Assembly (NCBI GenBank): GCA_965208905.1
Contig: OZ242365.1
Span: 1,696,001 to 1,760,000 of the forward strand
Length of the DNA: 64,000 bases
Direction of reading: 5' to 3'
Source: Nitrosopumilaceae archaeon
GTDB lineage: Archaea; Thermoproteota; Nitrososphaeria; Nitrososphaerales; Nitrosopumilaceae
Shown: piece after piece, positions 18,983 through 29,930 of the stretch
How positions within the stretch are numbered: the first letter of the stretch is position 1
Layout of the letters: the number at the start of each line of letters is the position of its first letter
Notes under the pieces: generated by a model
What the model was told of the DNA's origin: nothing
Databases searched by the model: none
What the model saw: the letters and a program-made list of their open reading frames with translations, nothing else
Translations under genes and position numbers: made by a program

Positions 18983-21900
18983 TCATCCCCAATACCCAGC
19001 GTGCGCTTGTATTTTGTAATCACCAAAAACAGTACGGCTCCAACCACAATCGCCGGCATATACAGCCACAATACGCCACCAACCTCGTCTGTATCATATA
19101 CGGATATCTCCAGAGGTTCGGCGGCGGTAATCTCCGAGGACATCTCACCCCCATACACATTCCGTATGGTAACAACACCACCCTCCTCGTATGGTATAAT
19201 GCACGTGCTGCACGGCGTATCCACATCCTGCTTGATGCCGTCAATCAATACCTCGCGTACCGCACCAAATGTCTCAGGCGGTCGCACGTATATTGTGTCG
19301 GAGCGCTTGTTGTCCCGGCCCATATCCATATTGCCGACACCGTAATAGTCCACATATATCACGGTATTGTCTACACCCTCGCTTATCACATGCGTATCAT
19401 ATATCGGAATACCATTACAGCCGGGAGCCCCACCACCACTACATACTGCCTTGATGTGCAGTTTCTGCGGACCTACACTGGACATAACCGCCTCGTATGG
19501 CATGTCCAGTATGGAGAACGACTCTTCGGGCTCCTCACAGATAACATGTGGTACTAATTCACCCCCTATGCACTTGTAGTTTGTTGTGGTCTGTTTGCAT
19601 GCCTGCACACTCTGGCACGCGTAACTCCCCCCATCATTATAGTCCACATCCTGTACACTCACCCTCTTTATCTCATTATTCTCTACATTCTCGCAGCGTA
19701 GTATCCTGTTTGAACCTGCCTCCCACTGCAACTCATCCAAGGGTATGGGCTGCATCCCGTTGTCTGTCATGCGGCCATACATACCATCATATACATAAAC
19801 GACGCTCGGCTTCAGACCGGTTATATCATACGCTGCCGGAAACTCCCACTGCTTGTGTATGCCGTCCTGCGTAAACACATTCACGCACCTCTCATCCTGA
19901 TGTGCAATGCAGTCCTGTATGGAGTTGTCCCGCATACAATCCGACATGCGTTGTACTGTTTCAGGACATGATGTGTGGCCCGGTGTTACGTGCGGGGCCC
20001 ACAACCATTCAGTGCACTGCCCCCTGTGCTCCAGTATGCCCAATGTATCCAGCCACAGGCCGTTTCGGAACACCTCAACGGTAACATCGTCAACCCCACT
20101 CGCTACGGTCCATGGCTGGCCTGCCTCGCGCTTGGCCGCCGGTCCGTGCTTGGCGCCCTCGTAATCCTGTATAGTCATTGAGACGCCGGGCCTGTCCCTG
20201 CAGGACAGCCCATGCCAAAAGTCCCATATGGCCTCACCCCAGTCAAGGCTGAATATATTCAGTATGCTTCTGCCCTCGTCCCCGTCCACCATGCACTCGT
20301 GCATAATCATCTCGTGCGGTTCGGTTACGGGCCACATCTGTTCGGGGTATGCGGTTATGCGCAGTTCCACACCACCGCCGACCTCCCAGGGCACATCGCA
20401 CTGTACGCACGGTTGTATAGCCAGTACGCGCGCCACCGCATCATATTGTATGGTGCTTGGCGGAGTCTCCATTCCGGTTGCATGTGTTGTACCCCAGGAT
20501 TGTATTGTGCTGTTCCAGTATATGGTATCGGTGGGCCGTACATCACACGTACCACATACATCAAAGCGTATAACGCCCGTACCCGCGTGCAGCATCATCG
20601 TCGTATTACCAATACCGACATGTGATGGGGAGGATACGGGCCACTGCGGCGTGTACAACTCCAAGTCTCTTGATGTCTGGTGTGTATCCCGGGTAAACGA
20701 TATAGTCCCATATGGCGGCAGGCATGCGGGCGGCCAGTATTCATCAAATACCGGCTGGTACAGGGGCGGCATTGTCGCAGCGGAGGGTATTCGCTTTATG
20801 CTATCAAAGCTCTCAGGATCCTGGCATGTCTGATACTGTGTATGTGTATCGTATGTATCGCCAGCTGAGAGACACCATGGCTCCTGCACATCACAGTATC
20901 TATGCTCGCCATCCACAACATACGGTATTGCTATGTAATCACCAACCTTCTCAAAAGGCAGTATTGTATCATCCCTGATGCTATCAAACGATATGCCGTC
21001 TGCATCCACACTGCCATCAGGCGTAATGGTGCCGATAATAACAGCAGGATCGCAGTGTCCGTCGGGCCCGTCCTGTATGGTGTATGCATCGCTTAGACAC
21101 GCATCCAAATCATCACCACCATCCCGACCAAACTTTGCCCAGCAGTCCCCCACTGCATTAAACATCACGCCGGTACGATCCAGACACTTCCGTATGCCGT
21201 CCGATGTAAGCATATCCCAGTTGTCGGATATGTTGTTCCCGTCCAAGTCCGTACCCGATTCGACCACATCACAGATGTTGTTGTTGTCCGTATCCGTACA
21301 CGAGCAGTACAGACTGCCGTCCGATGTAAGCATGTTGCCCGGCCGCTCCACAACACCACCGAATGCCCCGGTTGTGGGCGTGTACGGCACATATACCAGC
21401 CGGTTGCTCCCGTCCCAGAACGGCTCCGGTGGGGTCGGCGAGAATTTTACCCCGCAGTCAGATTCCATGCATTCGCGCCAGTCATGTATGATATCACCGT
21501 TTATGGCCGGCTCATACATCCCTATGCTGAATCGCGCATGACACAGATAAGGGGTCGTAGTACCGCTCCCAATCTCGCTTGTATCGATAATTGGCGTCTG
21601 CACATCATATATGACACCCAAGTCAGTGCAGAGTGATACCATCACCTCATCTATCGTACGATATGACTCGCGCACGCACTGCGCGGTCGGTGATGCGCCG
21701 CACCACTGTATGACCATCTGCTCAAGGCGCTCATGCCCTCGTATGATATAATCATCCGGATATAAGAATGGCTGAAATACATCCTCGCATCTGCGATCAT
21801 GCTCCGGCTTGCACTCCCCGCCCCGATATACGCCACAATCCCTGTCCAGTATGCGTGAGAGTCCAATCGAGTGCTCGCACTGCACCGAATCCAACACATA

Positions 21901-23601
21901 GTGCTGTGGCATGTTGTCTGGCGAGCCTGAAAATATGCCCCTGTACGAGTAAGGAGTGACATCATCGCCGTATTGCGCAGCAAAGCCCGTCATGCCCCAG
22001 TCCTCGGGCTTTGGCTGGTTGACCTGCGCCCCTCCTTGGCTGGCTATCTGGTCCATCACACAATACGGTACAAAGTCCCTGTCCGTGCCGGGCGCATAGT
22101 CCCAGTTCAGGTATGGCGTGTCATGTGTTGTACATTCGCCATCAAGGCCGCACACGATATACTGGCCGGCAAGGCCGTCAAGCTTGGCACGCGTCTCCGG
22201 GTTGAGCGCCGACCACCTGCCCCACTCAAATGCTGCCGGCTCTGGTGGATATACCGTATATGATGATGGCGATACTCCGACAACGCCGTACGGCGCATCC
22301 TTGTCGGGGCACAACTCCCCCACTGTACGTCCCCACACATCGGTCGAGCCGGTCTGCCCGAATGGTACCGGCGCGCCATCCACATCATGTATGGTGCCAA
22401 CCGTACAGTAGTGCAACGTGTCGGATATTGTGCCATTAAAATCGACGATGACCGAGACCGGCCTGTCCATGGCTGTATCCCCACCCCAGGCAGTATTTGT
22501 GATGGCTGTTGTGTTTATCGCTGGGTTATACGTCGGGACAAACTGATAGGTGGTGTTGTATCCCTTTGTGATGTACTGGCCGTTATTCGTCATTGTGGCA
22601 GTAATCTGTACCGGGCCGCTCTGTCTGGCAGATATTACAAATAATGATTCGCCCTCGTCCAGTTTGCCTGGTACACCAGCCTCCGGTTCCTCCCACGGTA
22701 GGTTTTTTGCGTCTAGTTGTTGCGCACGATGCCCTATGTAGTCTGATGTACTATCAACCCCCGACAAGTCTATCCTGCATGTCTTCTCATTACAGTGAAA
22801 CTCCTCCACACTGCTTGTAGTGTCGTGTGTTATCTTTATTGTCTCATGCCTGTACGCGCCATACATCAGATTTGAGCCAACCTCCAGTGGTATGGCATCT
22901 TTGGGATAATTCGAGTAGTCTAAATTTGAGGCAGGATATCCCTCCATATCCAATATGTGATGCTCGTATATTGACGTCTCCCAGAAGGGGTTGCGGTATT
23001 GGAATCGCGGGTGTATTGTTGCGGTAGCCACCTGACAACCGTAAAGTGGATCATCAATCCCGCCGGTTACCGTGAATGCAGCACCGCCGGTAAGACCGCC
23101 CCCCTCCTGTATGCCGTTCTGGTGGGTGCGCGCACGTCCGTCTGAATCGTATTCGACAGTGTGAATGAAGCCATCATGTATGACACTGCCCGGCACCGGC
23201 TCGCTTGTTATTATCCTCATTTTCTGCGCGTATTGTATTGTCCCACTACCAGTACCGGCTACACCCCCAGAATCTCTGATGGAGTCCACCTCCGACCACC
23301 GGCCATCTGCCTTAGGTCCGTCTATCCCCATACCGCAGTTGCAATACTCGCCGATACTGTATCGTATACTCCCACCCACAGAGTCGCCGGGATACAGCGA
23401 TGGGTCATGCGGCGAGTTGTTTGTCGGAACAAACTCCCTACCGACATCATCCCCATACCATGAATACCACTGTGTTGCTCCCACCGTACAGGTAACCCCC
23501 CGAACCGTGACCGAGTCAGTCGCACTGTCGGATCCATCACCATACGCAATACCAACGACACAAAGTAGTGGTATTACACATGCTAGTCTGAGGCAACCCA
23601 G
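18979..23601 (-). CDS. Giant (~1540 aa) Cys-rich secreted, C-terminally membrane-anchored protein (adhesin-like)
   Basis: Open frame extends 39 codons upstream of 23484 and includes a signal-peptide-like stretch. DxDxN Ca-binding-like motifs; C-terminal TM followed by KYKR. Confidence 0.75.
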   Translation of the reverse strand: MGCLRLACVIPLLCVVGIAYGDGSDSATDSVTVRGVTCTVGATQWYSWYGDDVGREFVPTNNSPHDPSLYPGDSVGGSIRYSIGEYCNCGMGIDGPKADGRWSEVDSIRDSGGVAGTGSGTIQYAQKMRIITSEPVPGSVIHDGFIHTVEYDSDGRARTHQNGIQEGGGLTGGAAFTVTGGIDDPLYGCQVATATIHPRFQYRNPFWETSIYEHHILDMEGYPASNLDYSNYPKDAIPLEVGSNLMYGAYRHETIKITHDTTSSVEEFHCNEKTCRIDLSGVDSTSDYIGHRAQQLDAKNLPWEEPEAGVPGKLDEGESLFVISARQSGPVQITATMTNNGQYITKGYNTTYQFVPTYNPAINTTAITNTAWGGDTAMDRPVSVIVDFNGTISDTLHYCTVGTIHDVDGAPVPFGQTGSTDVWGRTVGELCPDKDAPYGVVGVSPSSYTVYPPEPAAFEWGRWSALNPETRAKLDGLAGQYIVCGLDGECTTHDTPYLNWDYAPGTDRDFVPYCVMDQIASQGGAQVNQPKPEDWGMTGFAAQYGDDVTPYSYRGIFSGSPDNMPQHYVLDSVQCEHSIGLSRILDRDCGVYRGGECKPEHDRRCEDVFQPFLYPDDYIIRGHERLEQMVIQWCGASPTAQCVRESYRTIDEVMVSLCTDLGVIYDVQTPIIDTSEIGSGTTTPYLCHARFSIGMYEPAINGDIIHDWRECMESDCGVKFSPTPPEPFWDGSNRLVYVPYTPTTGAFGGVVERPGNMLTSDGSLYCSCTDTDNNNICDVVESGTDLDGNNISDNWDMLTSDGIRKCLDRTGVMFNAVGDCWAKFGRDGGDDLDACLSDAYTIQDGPDGHCDPAVIIGTITPDGSVDADGISFDSIRDDTILPFEKVGDYIAIPYVVDGEHRYCDVQEPWCLSAGDTYDTHTQYQTCQDPESFDSIKRIPSAATMPPLYQPVFDEYWPPACLPPYGTISFTRDTHQTSRDLELYTPQWPVSSPSHVGIGNTTMMLHAGTGVIRFDVCGTCDVRPTDTIYWNSTIQSWGTTHATGMETPPSTIQYDAVARVLAIQPCVQCDVPWEVGGGVELRITAYPEQMWPVTEPHEMIMHECMVDGDEGRSILNIFSLDWGEAIWDFWHGLSCRDRPGVSMTIQDYEGAKHGPAAKREAGQPWTVASGVDDVTVEVFRNGLWLDTLGILEHRGQCTEWLWAPHVTPGHTSCPETVQRMSDCMRDNSIQDCIAHQDERCVNVFTQDGIHKQWEFPAAYDITGLKPSVVYVYDGMYGRMTDNGMQPIPLDELQWEAGSNRILRCENVENNEIKRVSVQDVDYNDGGSYACQSVQACKQTTTNYKCIGGELVPHVICEEPEESFSILDMPYEAVMSSVGPQKLHIKAVCSGGGAPGCNGIPIYDTHVISEGVDNTVIYVDYYGVGNMDMGRDNKRSDTIYVRPPETFGAVREVLIDGIKQDVDTPCSTCIIPYEEGGVVTIRNVYGGEMSSEITAAEPLEISVYDTDEVGGVLWLYMPAIVVGAVLFLVITKYKRTLGIGDD

Positions 23602-24086
23602 AGTACATCACCTGTATCCGTAACGAGTATGAGCGGGTCCGAACACGGCCAGGGGTCAACCCGCACCAGAACAGAATACTTGGAATCCAGCGTCTGGTTA
23701 TACAGGTTTATGCTGTTGCCGCCCCCATCCGTACATGACCATGAGGGACTGCACGACGCCACCCTTGTGTTGCCCAAATCAACATATGTGATGTTTGCAT
23801 GTATTGCACCGCCGTTCTGATCATACGCCTTGAACGGTATGTTGGTAGAAAAGTCCCCGTAATTCACCACCAAAAATGTCAGAGGCGTGCCAGCCTGACA
23901 TTCCCGGCTTGTTACGTCAAGCTGCTCTACCGCCTCTGCGCGCAGCCTGTCCATCCTGGAACGCGTATCATCGGTCATCACCAGGGCGCTCTCACTAAAC
24001 GCGCCAAGCATAATGGTGGCAACAACCGCAGTGGCGCCCAGTATTATGGTAGCCGAGACTATCTCGCCTACGCCATATAGCCTCAT
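23583..24086 (-). CDS. Archaeal type IV pilin-like protein
   Basis: MRLYG|VGEIVSATIILGATAVVA class III signal peptide. Confidence 0.75.
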   Translation of the reverse strand: MRLYGVGEIVSATIILGATAVVATIMLGAFSESALVMTDDTRSRMDRLRAEAVEQLDVTSRECQAGTPLTFLVVNYGDFSTNIPFKAYDQNGGAIHANITYVDLGNTRVASCSPSWSCTDGGGNSINLYNQTLDSKYSVLVRVDPWPCSDPLILVTDTGDVLWVASD

Positions 24087-24559
24087 CGAACCTCAACTAC
24101 CCCCGAGACCGAGTGCAGGGGGCCGCGTATTATATAGCCCAGCGTATCACCCCTCTCGGCATCAAAGCCCACATGTACCACACCCTCATATTGTACTTGT
24201 AATGCAGAGCCGGCCTGCTGTATAGTCTGACAGTCATGTATTGTATTGTTTCCCATTGCGCTTGCGCAGTCCGTGACAACCACCATGCCGGAATAGTCGC
24301 ATGTACTCCTGCCGTCTTTGGTCTCCAAACACAGATTGATGTCGCCCTCAAACTCAAGGGGCCCGCCAGGATACGTCATGGTAACATATATCCAAACCAA
24401 ATGCGAGGTGCCAAACCTGTCCCATGCCTCAACCCCCACATTCGATATCGCATATTCGCCGTATGTGTTGGCCGCATCTATCATTACCCCGGCCGCCACT
24501 ATGCCTGCCGCGCCCGCGCTAAGCATAATCAGCATCGAACCGGTAAGCTCTACTACCAT
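24083..24559 (-). CDS. Pilin-like protein with N-terminal hydrophobic helix
   Basis: MVVELTGSMLIMLSAGAAGIVAAG; ATGA overlap with the downstream pilin. Confidence 0.55.
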   Translation of the reverse strand: MVVELTGSMLIMLSAGAAGIVAAGVMIDAANTYGEYAISNVGVEAWDRFGTSHLVWIYVTMTYPGGPLEFEGDINLCLETKDGRSTCDYSGMVVVTDCASAMGNNTIHDCQTIQQAGSALQVQYEGVVHVGFDAERGDTLGYIIRGPLHSVSGVVEVR

Positions 24560-24633
24560 GATGTATAATGTGCGCGGGATACGTTTTTGGATTACACGTT
24601 TTGGTGTGGCCTGGTGTGGTTACTCCGAAATTA

Positions 24634-26061
24634 CTACTGGCTTTCTCTGCGCAGCTTTGCTATCTCTGCATCATACTTGCGCTGCATGTTCTCCAGGGCA
24701 TTGTCCTGCGCTGCGGCCAGCTGCTGTATCATGCCAGTCAGTGATTGTAATACATCCTGTGACATGCCGTCCGAGCTGGACTGCTTTTTTAATATATTCA
24801 GCAGGTCGGTGGCCGGCAACTCCCTCTGCTTCTTTAGCTCAAATATCTCCTGCCGCATTGAATCCCTCTCCTGTCTCATGTCGCTGATCTCGCGGGTTAG
24901 GCGCTCCAGTTTTCCATCTTTTTCGCTTTCAAGTTTCTGTATGTTGGACGACATTGTACGGTTGGATCGACGGAGCCGGTCAGCATCATCTATGGTCAAA
25001 TCCGGCACGACCTTGAGATATTCGGCGGCCATCTCCAACATCGATGTCTTGAAGTAGTTCTTGTCCAACGATACCAGTCCCGTATGCCCCATCATGTACT
25101 CTGTCCGTATAAGCGATGCAAGCGAGTCGCCCGACAGGGCTTCCTTGCATGTCTTGTTGAAGAACTTGCGAAAGCCGTGGACCAGCTGCGTCTCGAACCG
25201 GGCCCCCTTCTTGCTGCCCGGCTCACGCAACCCTGCCTTGGTGGCCATCTCACGCACCCGTTTGGCAATGGACGGTTCTGAGGCCTTCCGCGGCAGTAGT
25301 TTGGTGGCTAAAAACAGGTGGTCGTCGGGGCGGGGCTGCCGGCACATCATGTTGGCCCACGTGCGACCATACTCCAACATGGCGTTGTACGCCTCCGGGG
25401 TCGCAAAGGCAGTGTACTTTTCCGGAGAGCCTGCATAAACATCAAGCGCCACACATACTACATCCCCCCCATCAGACGGGTCGGCCGTCAGGCGCCCATC
25501 CTCCAAGTATATTGGCGTGAGGTTGCCCCATGTCATGTTGAGGCCACCCAGCCGTACACCGGAGCTGGCCAGCAGCAGTACAATGGCCCTGTCCATAGGG
25601 TCACGGGCATGTACCAGCATTGCCACTATCTCTTCCCTGGTCCACCCCTTGGTGTCCAGCACATTGTCCTTTTCGGGCAGCGTCGAATATACGCGCCTCC
25701 AGTTTATCGTAATATCGTTCATCTCCAACAGTTTGCGTATGGGCTTGAAGTATGTCTTGAAGGATGTGGGGTTGAGATAGTCTGTGTGGTCCTTGGGCAG
25801 CTCAGACCTGGCACGCAGTTTCCAAGACAGGCTAATCAAGAGATCCAGCATCCAGTCGGGGTTGTCCCTTCCGTATTGGACGAACTGCGCCACGCGCTCC
25901 TCAAAGTCGCCCTCCAGTATATCCTCAAGTATGTCGCAGGTTATGCGTCGCAGTGTCGCAGTATACTTGCGGCGCGTGGCCTCGGCCCTTATGCCGTGGC
26001 TGAACAGCTGCAGGGGCGTCATGCCTCCAGACTTGCCTATCTCCTCCCGAGTCAACTTCAT
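24634..26061 (-). CDS. Tyrosine recombinase/integrase with C-terminal coiled coil
   Basis: SSGVRLG (R), HGFRKF (HxxR), MMGH, KNYF (Y); directly downstream of the tRNA 3' end. Confidence 0.92.
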   Translation of the reverse strand: MKLTREEIGKSGGMTPLQLFSHGIRAEATRRKYTATLRRITCDILEDILEGDFEERVAQFVQYGRDNPDWMLDLLISLSWKLRARSELPKDHTDYLNPTSFKTYFKPIRKLLEMNDITINWRRVYSTLPEKDNVLDTKGWTREEIVAMLVHARDPMDRAIVLLLASSGVRLGGLNMTWGNLTPIYLEDGRLTADPSDGGDVVCVALDVYAGSPEKYTAFATPEAYNAMLEYGRTWANMMCRQPRPDDHLFLATKLLPRKASEPSIAKRVREMATKAGLREPGSKKGARFETQLVHGFRKFFNKTCKEALSGDSLASLIRTEYMMGHTGLVSLDKNYFKTSMLEMAAEYLKVVPDLTIDDADRLRRSNRTMSSNIQKLESEKDGKLERLTREISDMRQERDSMRQEIFELKKQRELPATDLLNILKKQSSSDGMSQDVLQSLTGMIQQLAAAQDNALENMQRKYDAEIAKLRRESQ

Positions 26062-26104
26062 GTCTTGTGTACAATGGAATCCTATTAAAGTTACCAAAAA
26101 GTAA

Positions 26105-26179
26105 TGGGCCCGGTGAGATTCGAACTCACGACCTTTCGATTATCAGTCGAACGCTCCAGCCAAGCTGAGCTACGAGCCC
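26105..26179 (-). tRNA. tRNA-Ile(GAT)
   Basis: GGGCTCG acceptor stem, TAGCTCAG, anticodon loop CTGATAA, GTTCGAATC T-loop, 3' CGGGCCCA. Confidence 0.97.
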
Positions 26180-26207
26180 TCTAATAAACCACCGTACAGT
26201 GACATTT

Positions 26208-26762
26208 TTAGGTTTCTTTCCACTTTATGGAACATCCGATGGATGGTTCAAAGTCTTTTTCGATGACATCGCCATACAACATGGTCTCGATATTGTTCGA
26301 CATCGTATCTGTGGTTACTTTGCCATCCGGACCATGACCATCATCCAATCTACCATGAAACACTAGTTTCTGATCTTCATTAAATAGAAAAGAGTCAGGA
26401 GTGCACATGGCGCCATACTTTTTGGCAACTTTTTGTGTGTCATCTACTAGATAATCAAATCCAAACTTTTTTTCTTTAGCAATCTTCTTCATGTTTTCAT
26501 AACTGTCTTCGGGATAATCTGTTGAGTCGTTACTGTTTATTCCAACCATGTGTATATGATCAGAGTATTTTCTGTATATCTCATTTAATGTGTCAATCTT
26601 TGCCTTTACGTATGGACAGTGATTGCACATAAAGACTACCAACAGTCCTTTTTTGAAGGTATATTCTATGTTGGAATGGGTTATACCATCTGTACCAAGT
26701 AACTCAAATTCAGGAGCCAACTCGCCGGTCTTTAGTGTGTTTTGAGATTCTAAAAGCACCAT
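26208..26762 (-). CDS. AhpC/TSA-type thioredoxin-fold protein
   Basis: FMCNHCPYV..GINSND..YPEDS..YGAMCTPD..GRLDD..SIGCSIKW. Confidence 0.92.
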   Translation of the reverse strand: MVLLESQNTLKTGELAPEFELLGTDGITHSNIEYTFKKGLLVVFMCNHCPYVKAKIDTLNEIYRKYSDHIHMVGINSNDSTDYPEDSYENMKKIAKEKKFGFDYLVDDTQKVAKKYGAMCTPDSFLFNEDQKLVFHGRLDDGHGPDGKVTTDTMSNNIETMLYGDVIEKDFEPSIGCSIKWKET

Positions 26763-26954
26763 TGTACAATATATGGAATGACAATTATAAAAATCCTTCA
26801 AGACTGTGGGTGGGAATTACACACATGGGTAGATGGCCACCAGATCTGCAGATGCAGCAACATATTATACGCCAGATTTGTCATTTACATCTGCATTGGA
26901 GAAGAATTTGGTATGTACAAGGTCGACTAGATGAACTGCCAACGAACGATATAC

Positions 26955-27065
26955 GGGGGGTGGAGATGGTGGTTCGGTTAGACTAAGCGTGCAGAGTAAA
27001 GATGCAGGTCAGAGTTGTGGAATGGAAATGCAGGTGGTGAACTGCCGTTTCCACTCCGAGAACCG
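26955..27065. repeat. Degenerate copy of the TTTCCACT repeat family
   Basis: gtggagatggtggttcgg..taagcgtgcagagt..tggaaat..gtttccactccga resembles the reverse complement of 7826-7870. Confidence 0.5.
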
Positions 27066-27181
27066 CGGCAATGTCCGGATGGCTAAGGTCAACAGGGAAC
27101 ACAACACGTGTTAGATTCAGATACGGTGGATAGACTACACGCCCTCATCACAAAGTTAACGGCTCCTCATCGGATCCGTCT

Positions 27182-28087
27182 TTAAATATTCTGATGTATC
27201 GTATTACACCACTGAATCAATTTAGAGACATCGGTGGTGGCCATCTCTGAGCCCAACAACTTTTTACCAGTATCACCACAGAATGCCAACCGTATATTTT
27301 TTGGCGTCTTTTTATGTATGGTACTTACGGCACTAGAGATAAAACGAAAGGCACTTAAATTTCCACCAAACACTATCAGTATCATAACTCCCGGCGTGCC
27401 CCGCCAAACCCGCCCTAGAAGTTTCTGCAGTTCCAGATCAAAGAATACGTCCATCACGCCGGAGACATCTCCCATATTATTAACATTCCACGCATCCGAA
27501 CGTAGAGATGCCGCAACAGACTGGCTTAAAATATCGTCTGTTGGCTCTGTATTCATCAGTATGCAGTTCTTTGTTTTATCCACATCTGATGAATCTCCTA
27601 GCGTATGCAAGGAACGTTTCAGTGTATCTTGAAGCAGCATCAACTCCAAACCGCCAATCTTTTGAGTCTCATACATGTGATTTATTGACTCAAATGCCGG
27701 CATTATGGTCTCTAAAATTAGTCTAGTTGGTGTCGCTCCTGAATAGACACAGTTTTCTAGCAGTCTTATGGCATCTTCAGCCCGGCCAGCTGTTATCATG
27801 TCCAGATATGCAGACTCCACTTTAAAGTAGTCCTGGGGGAATAGATAATCATCAAACCCCCTCTTCATATTCCATACAGTGACATTGCCCATTCTTTTGC
27901 CATACACTACGCCATGTTGCTCAAAGGATGTCAGATATCTACTTAATGTAATACGACTCATGCCCATCTTAGAGGCAAGCTCCACCCCCGACATACCAGC
28001 CTCAGACTCACTCAATATACGAATTAGTCTGCGGCGAACCTCATCTGTATCATAGCCACGTCCCATGCAATACATCACATTTACCAC
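27182..28087 (-). CDS. HTH transcriptional regulator with B12-binding-like domain (host-type gene)
   Basis: GMSGVELASKMGMSRITLSRYL HTH followed by a cobalamin-cap-like helical region. Confidence 0.75.
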   Translation of the reverse strand: MVNVMYCMGRGYDTDEVRRRLIRILSESEAGMSGVELASKMGMSRITLSRYLTSFEQHGVVYGKRMGNVTVWNMKRGFDDYLFPQDYFKVESAYLDMITAGRAEDAIRLLENCVYSGATPTRLILETIMPAFESINHMYETQKIGGLELMLLQDTLKRSLHTLGDSSDVDKTKNCILMNTEPTDDILSQSVAASLRSDAWNVNNMGDVSGVMDVFFDLELQKLLGRVWRGTPGVMILIVFGGNLSAFRFISSAVSTIHKKTPKNIRLAFCGDTGKKLLGSEMATTDVSKLIQWCNTIHQNI

Positions 28088-28349
28088 TTAAAAAAAGCAA
28101 TGTTGTGTGTTTGTCAACACTCCCATGTGTAAAGGATGAATAACACATCCTGACGGTACTGAGGTAATGCATAGTACTCGCCAAAAAAATGGAAAAACTC
28201 AGAATAAATTGATAGATATTACCGCCTCATCGCCTGTAGAGAGATGGTTGTGGAAGACGAACAAGCCTAAAGACATTATTGTTTGTAAAGAATAGTAATA
28301 CGGGCAGGCCGCTTCCGTCCCTGTGATAGTTCGGAGATACGTCAGGCCG

Positions 28350-29110
28350 CTATGGTACCAGCAGCCAGTCAAATATTTTGACTATTGGTATCTCACCGTT
28401 GCGTGTAATCTGCCTTATAGTATCCCGCATACTGTCCAGACCATCAAAGATGTCGGCGATGGCCACCCTTATTTCCCTCCACTCTATTAGATGGGGTTGA
28501 GCTGCGGGGTGTGGGGCGGCAGGTGCAGTATCTCTATGTCGCCACCCGAGTCGTCCAGACACTTTCGCATGGTTACGCCGGTGAGGGCGCTGGCGTTGTC
28601 CGCTATCATTTCCACCTTCCCATAACGTCGGTGCAGGTGTTTGATTAGCTCGACATAACTGGCGGCTGTCAGATTGTCATGAAACTGCAAATCCAGAGTA
28701 TCATCCCCAGGGCACCGATCATATGGATGGACCGCTTGATTGGGACCGTCTCCTTTCCTCCCCGGCGCTTTATTCCCCTGCGGGATACAGGCGAGTCGCG
28801 CAGGGTGGCTGCGTCAACTACCACTACCACGCGACCCTACGCCCCCCACCTGGATGTAGTTGCCCGTCCTTTCTTGATGAACTCCCTCTGCTCTTCTGGT
28901 GTGGCGCTGTTATACGGGGCAGGTCGTAGCTTTCTGACCGAGAATCCCAGTCGGTGCGCCAGCCGGATGGCCGACCTACTGCTGTACTGTACGCCGAACC
29001 GTTCCAGTATGTGTCTGGCAAGTATCTTGGCATTCCAACTGCCACGCACAAAGCCGCACTCGCGTGGCATCCCGTCTATGCCCCCTCCACTCGCGAAGGC
29101 GTGAGATCGT
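28350..29110 (-). pseudogene. IS630-family transposase remnant (multiple frameshifts)
   Basis: WNAKILA..RLGFSVRKLRP, IADNAS and LPPHTPQLNPI motifs lie in different frames. Confidence 0.85.
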
Positions 29111-29836
29111 CTAGCGGGGAGCACCGGAATTGACTAACGCATTAATTGTATCATATGTGTGCCTAGCCAGGGATACAGCAACATCTGCATCATCTTTGGT
29201 ATATTGACTGTCCGTATGGTACACATAGTCCCGCCAATAATTTACAGCATCAAAGTCAAGTGATATTGTACGATTTGGCAGCATACCATACAGTATACGT
29301 ACATCACGTGTACGCGGAAACCTCACGCCATTATACAGCAGATAGGATCTCAATGAATAATCTATCACAAGACTGTTATGAAAACACACCAGTCCGTAGT
29401 TTTTGCCTGTAGGTGTGATGTGCATCCTCGCCATATCTAGCCATTGCAGGGCACACCAGCCCAAGTCTGGCTCCTTTATCATGTAATCCAGTGGTTCAAC
29501 CTGATATAGTACTTGAACCCCATCAATACCCCGCAATACATCATGGATGGGCGAGCCATAGAGATTCGCATGCTTCCTTATACCTTCAATAGAGTAAGCG
29601 AATTTATTGATATCCTGTATGCCATCGGGGGCTTTTCGCGCCACATCCTTGACCATCATAATAATGTCAAGGGACCACTTGTCTGTGATGAAGAAGATGT
29701 CCAAGTCACTATCGGGCCGCTCGGTACCCCTCACCTGGGAGCCGAATATGGCAAGATATAGGAGTGTTGTGTTGGGATTTTCAAACGGTAGTGCATTGCG
29801 TATTGCTTCGACGGATGCGGTGGTTTGCCGGTTCAT
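29111..29836 (-). CDS. Minimal nucleotidyltransferase (MNT) - HEPN fusion
   Basis: FGSQVRG..SDLDI; C-terminal HEPN-like helices (FPRTRDV). Confidence 0.8.
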   Translation of the reverse strand: MNRQTTASVEAIRNALPFENPNTTLLYLAIFGSQVRGTERPDSDLDIFFITDKWSLDIIMMVKDVARKAPDGIQDINKFAYSIEGIRKHANLYGSPIHDVLRGIDGVQVLYQVEPLDYMIKEPDLGWCALQWLDMARMHITPTGKNYGLVCFHNSLVIDYSLRSYLLYNGVRFPRTRDVRILYGMLPNRTISLDFDAVNYWRDYVYHTDSQYTKDDADVAVSLARHTYDTINALVNSGAPR

Positions 29837-29930
29837 TCATTTTTTGGTGTATTGGTGCAATAAAAGAAGTACTTTAACTCCCCTCTAAATTCGGTCAGTG
29901 TCGTGATTTTGGAATCACACCGGTTTGTCG

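Noticed and set aside
1-26105. Second att site duplicating the tRNA-Ile 3' end
   Set aside because: No copy of TGGGCCCGGTGAGATTCG was found by eye in the window; it may lie outside the window or be lost.
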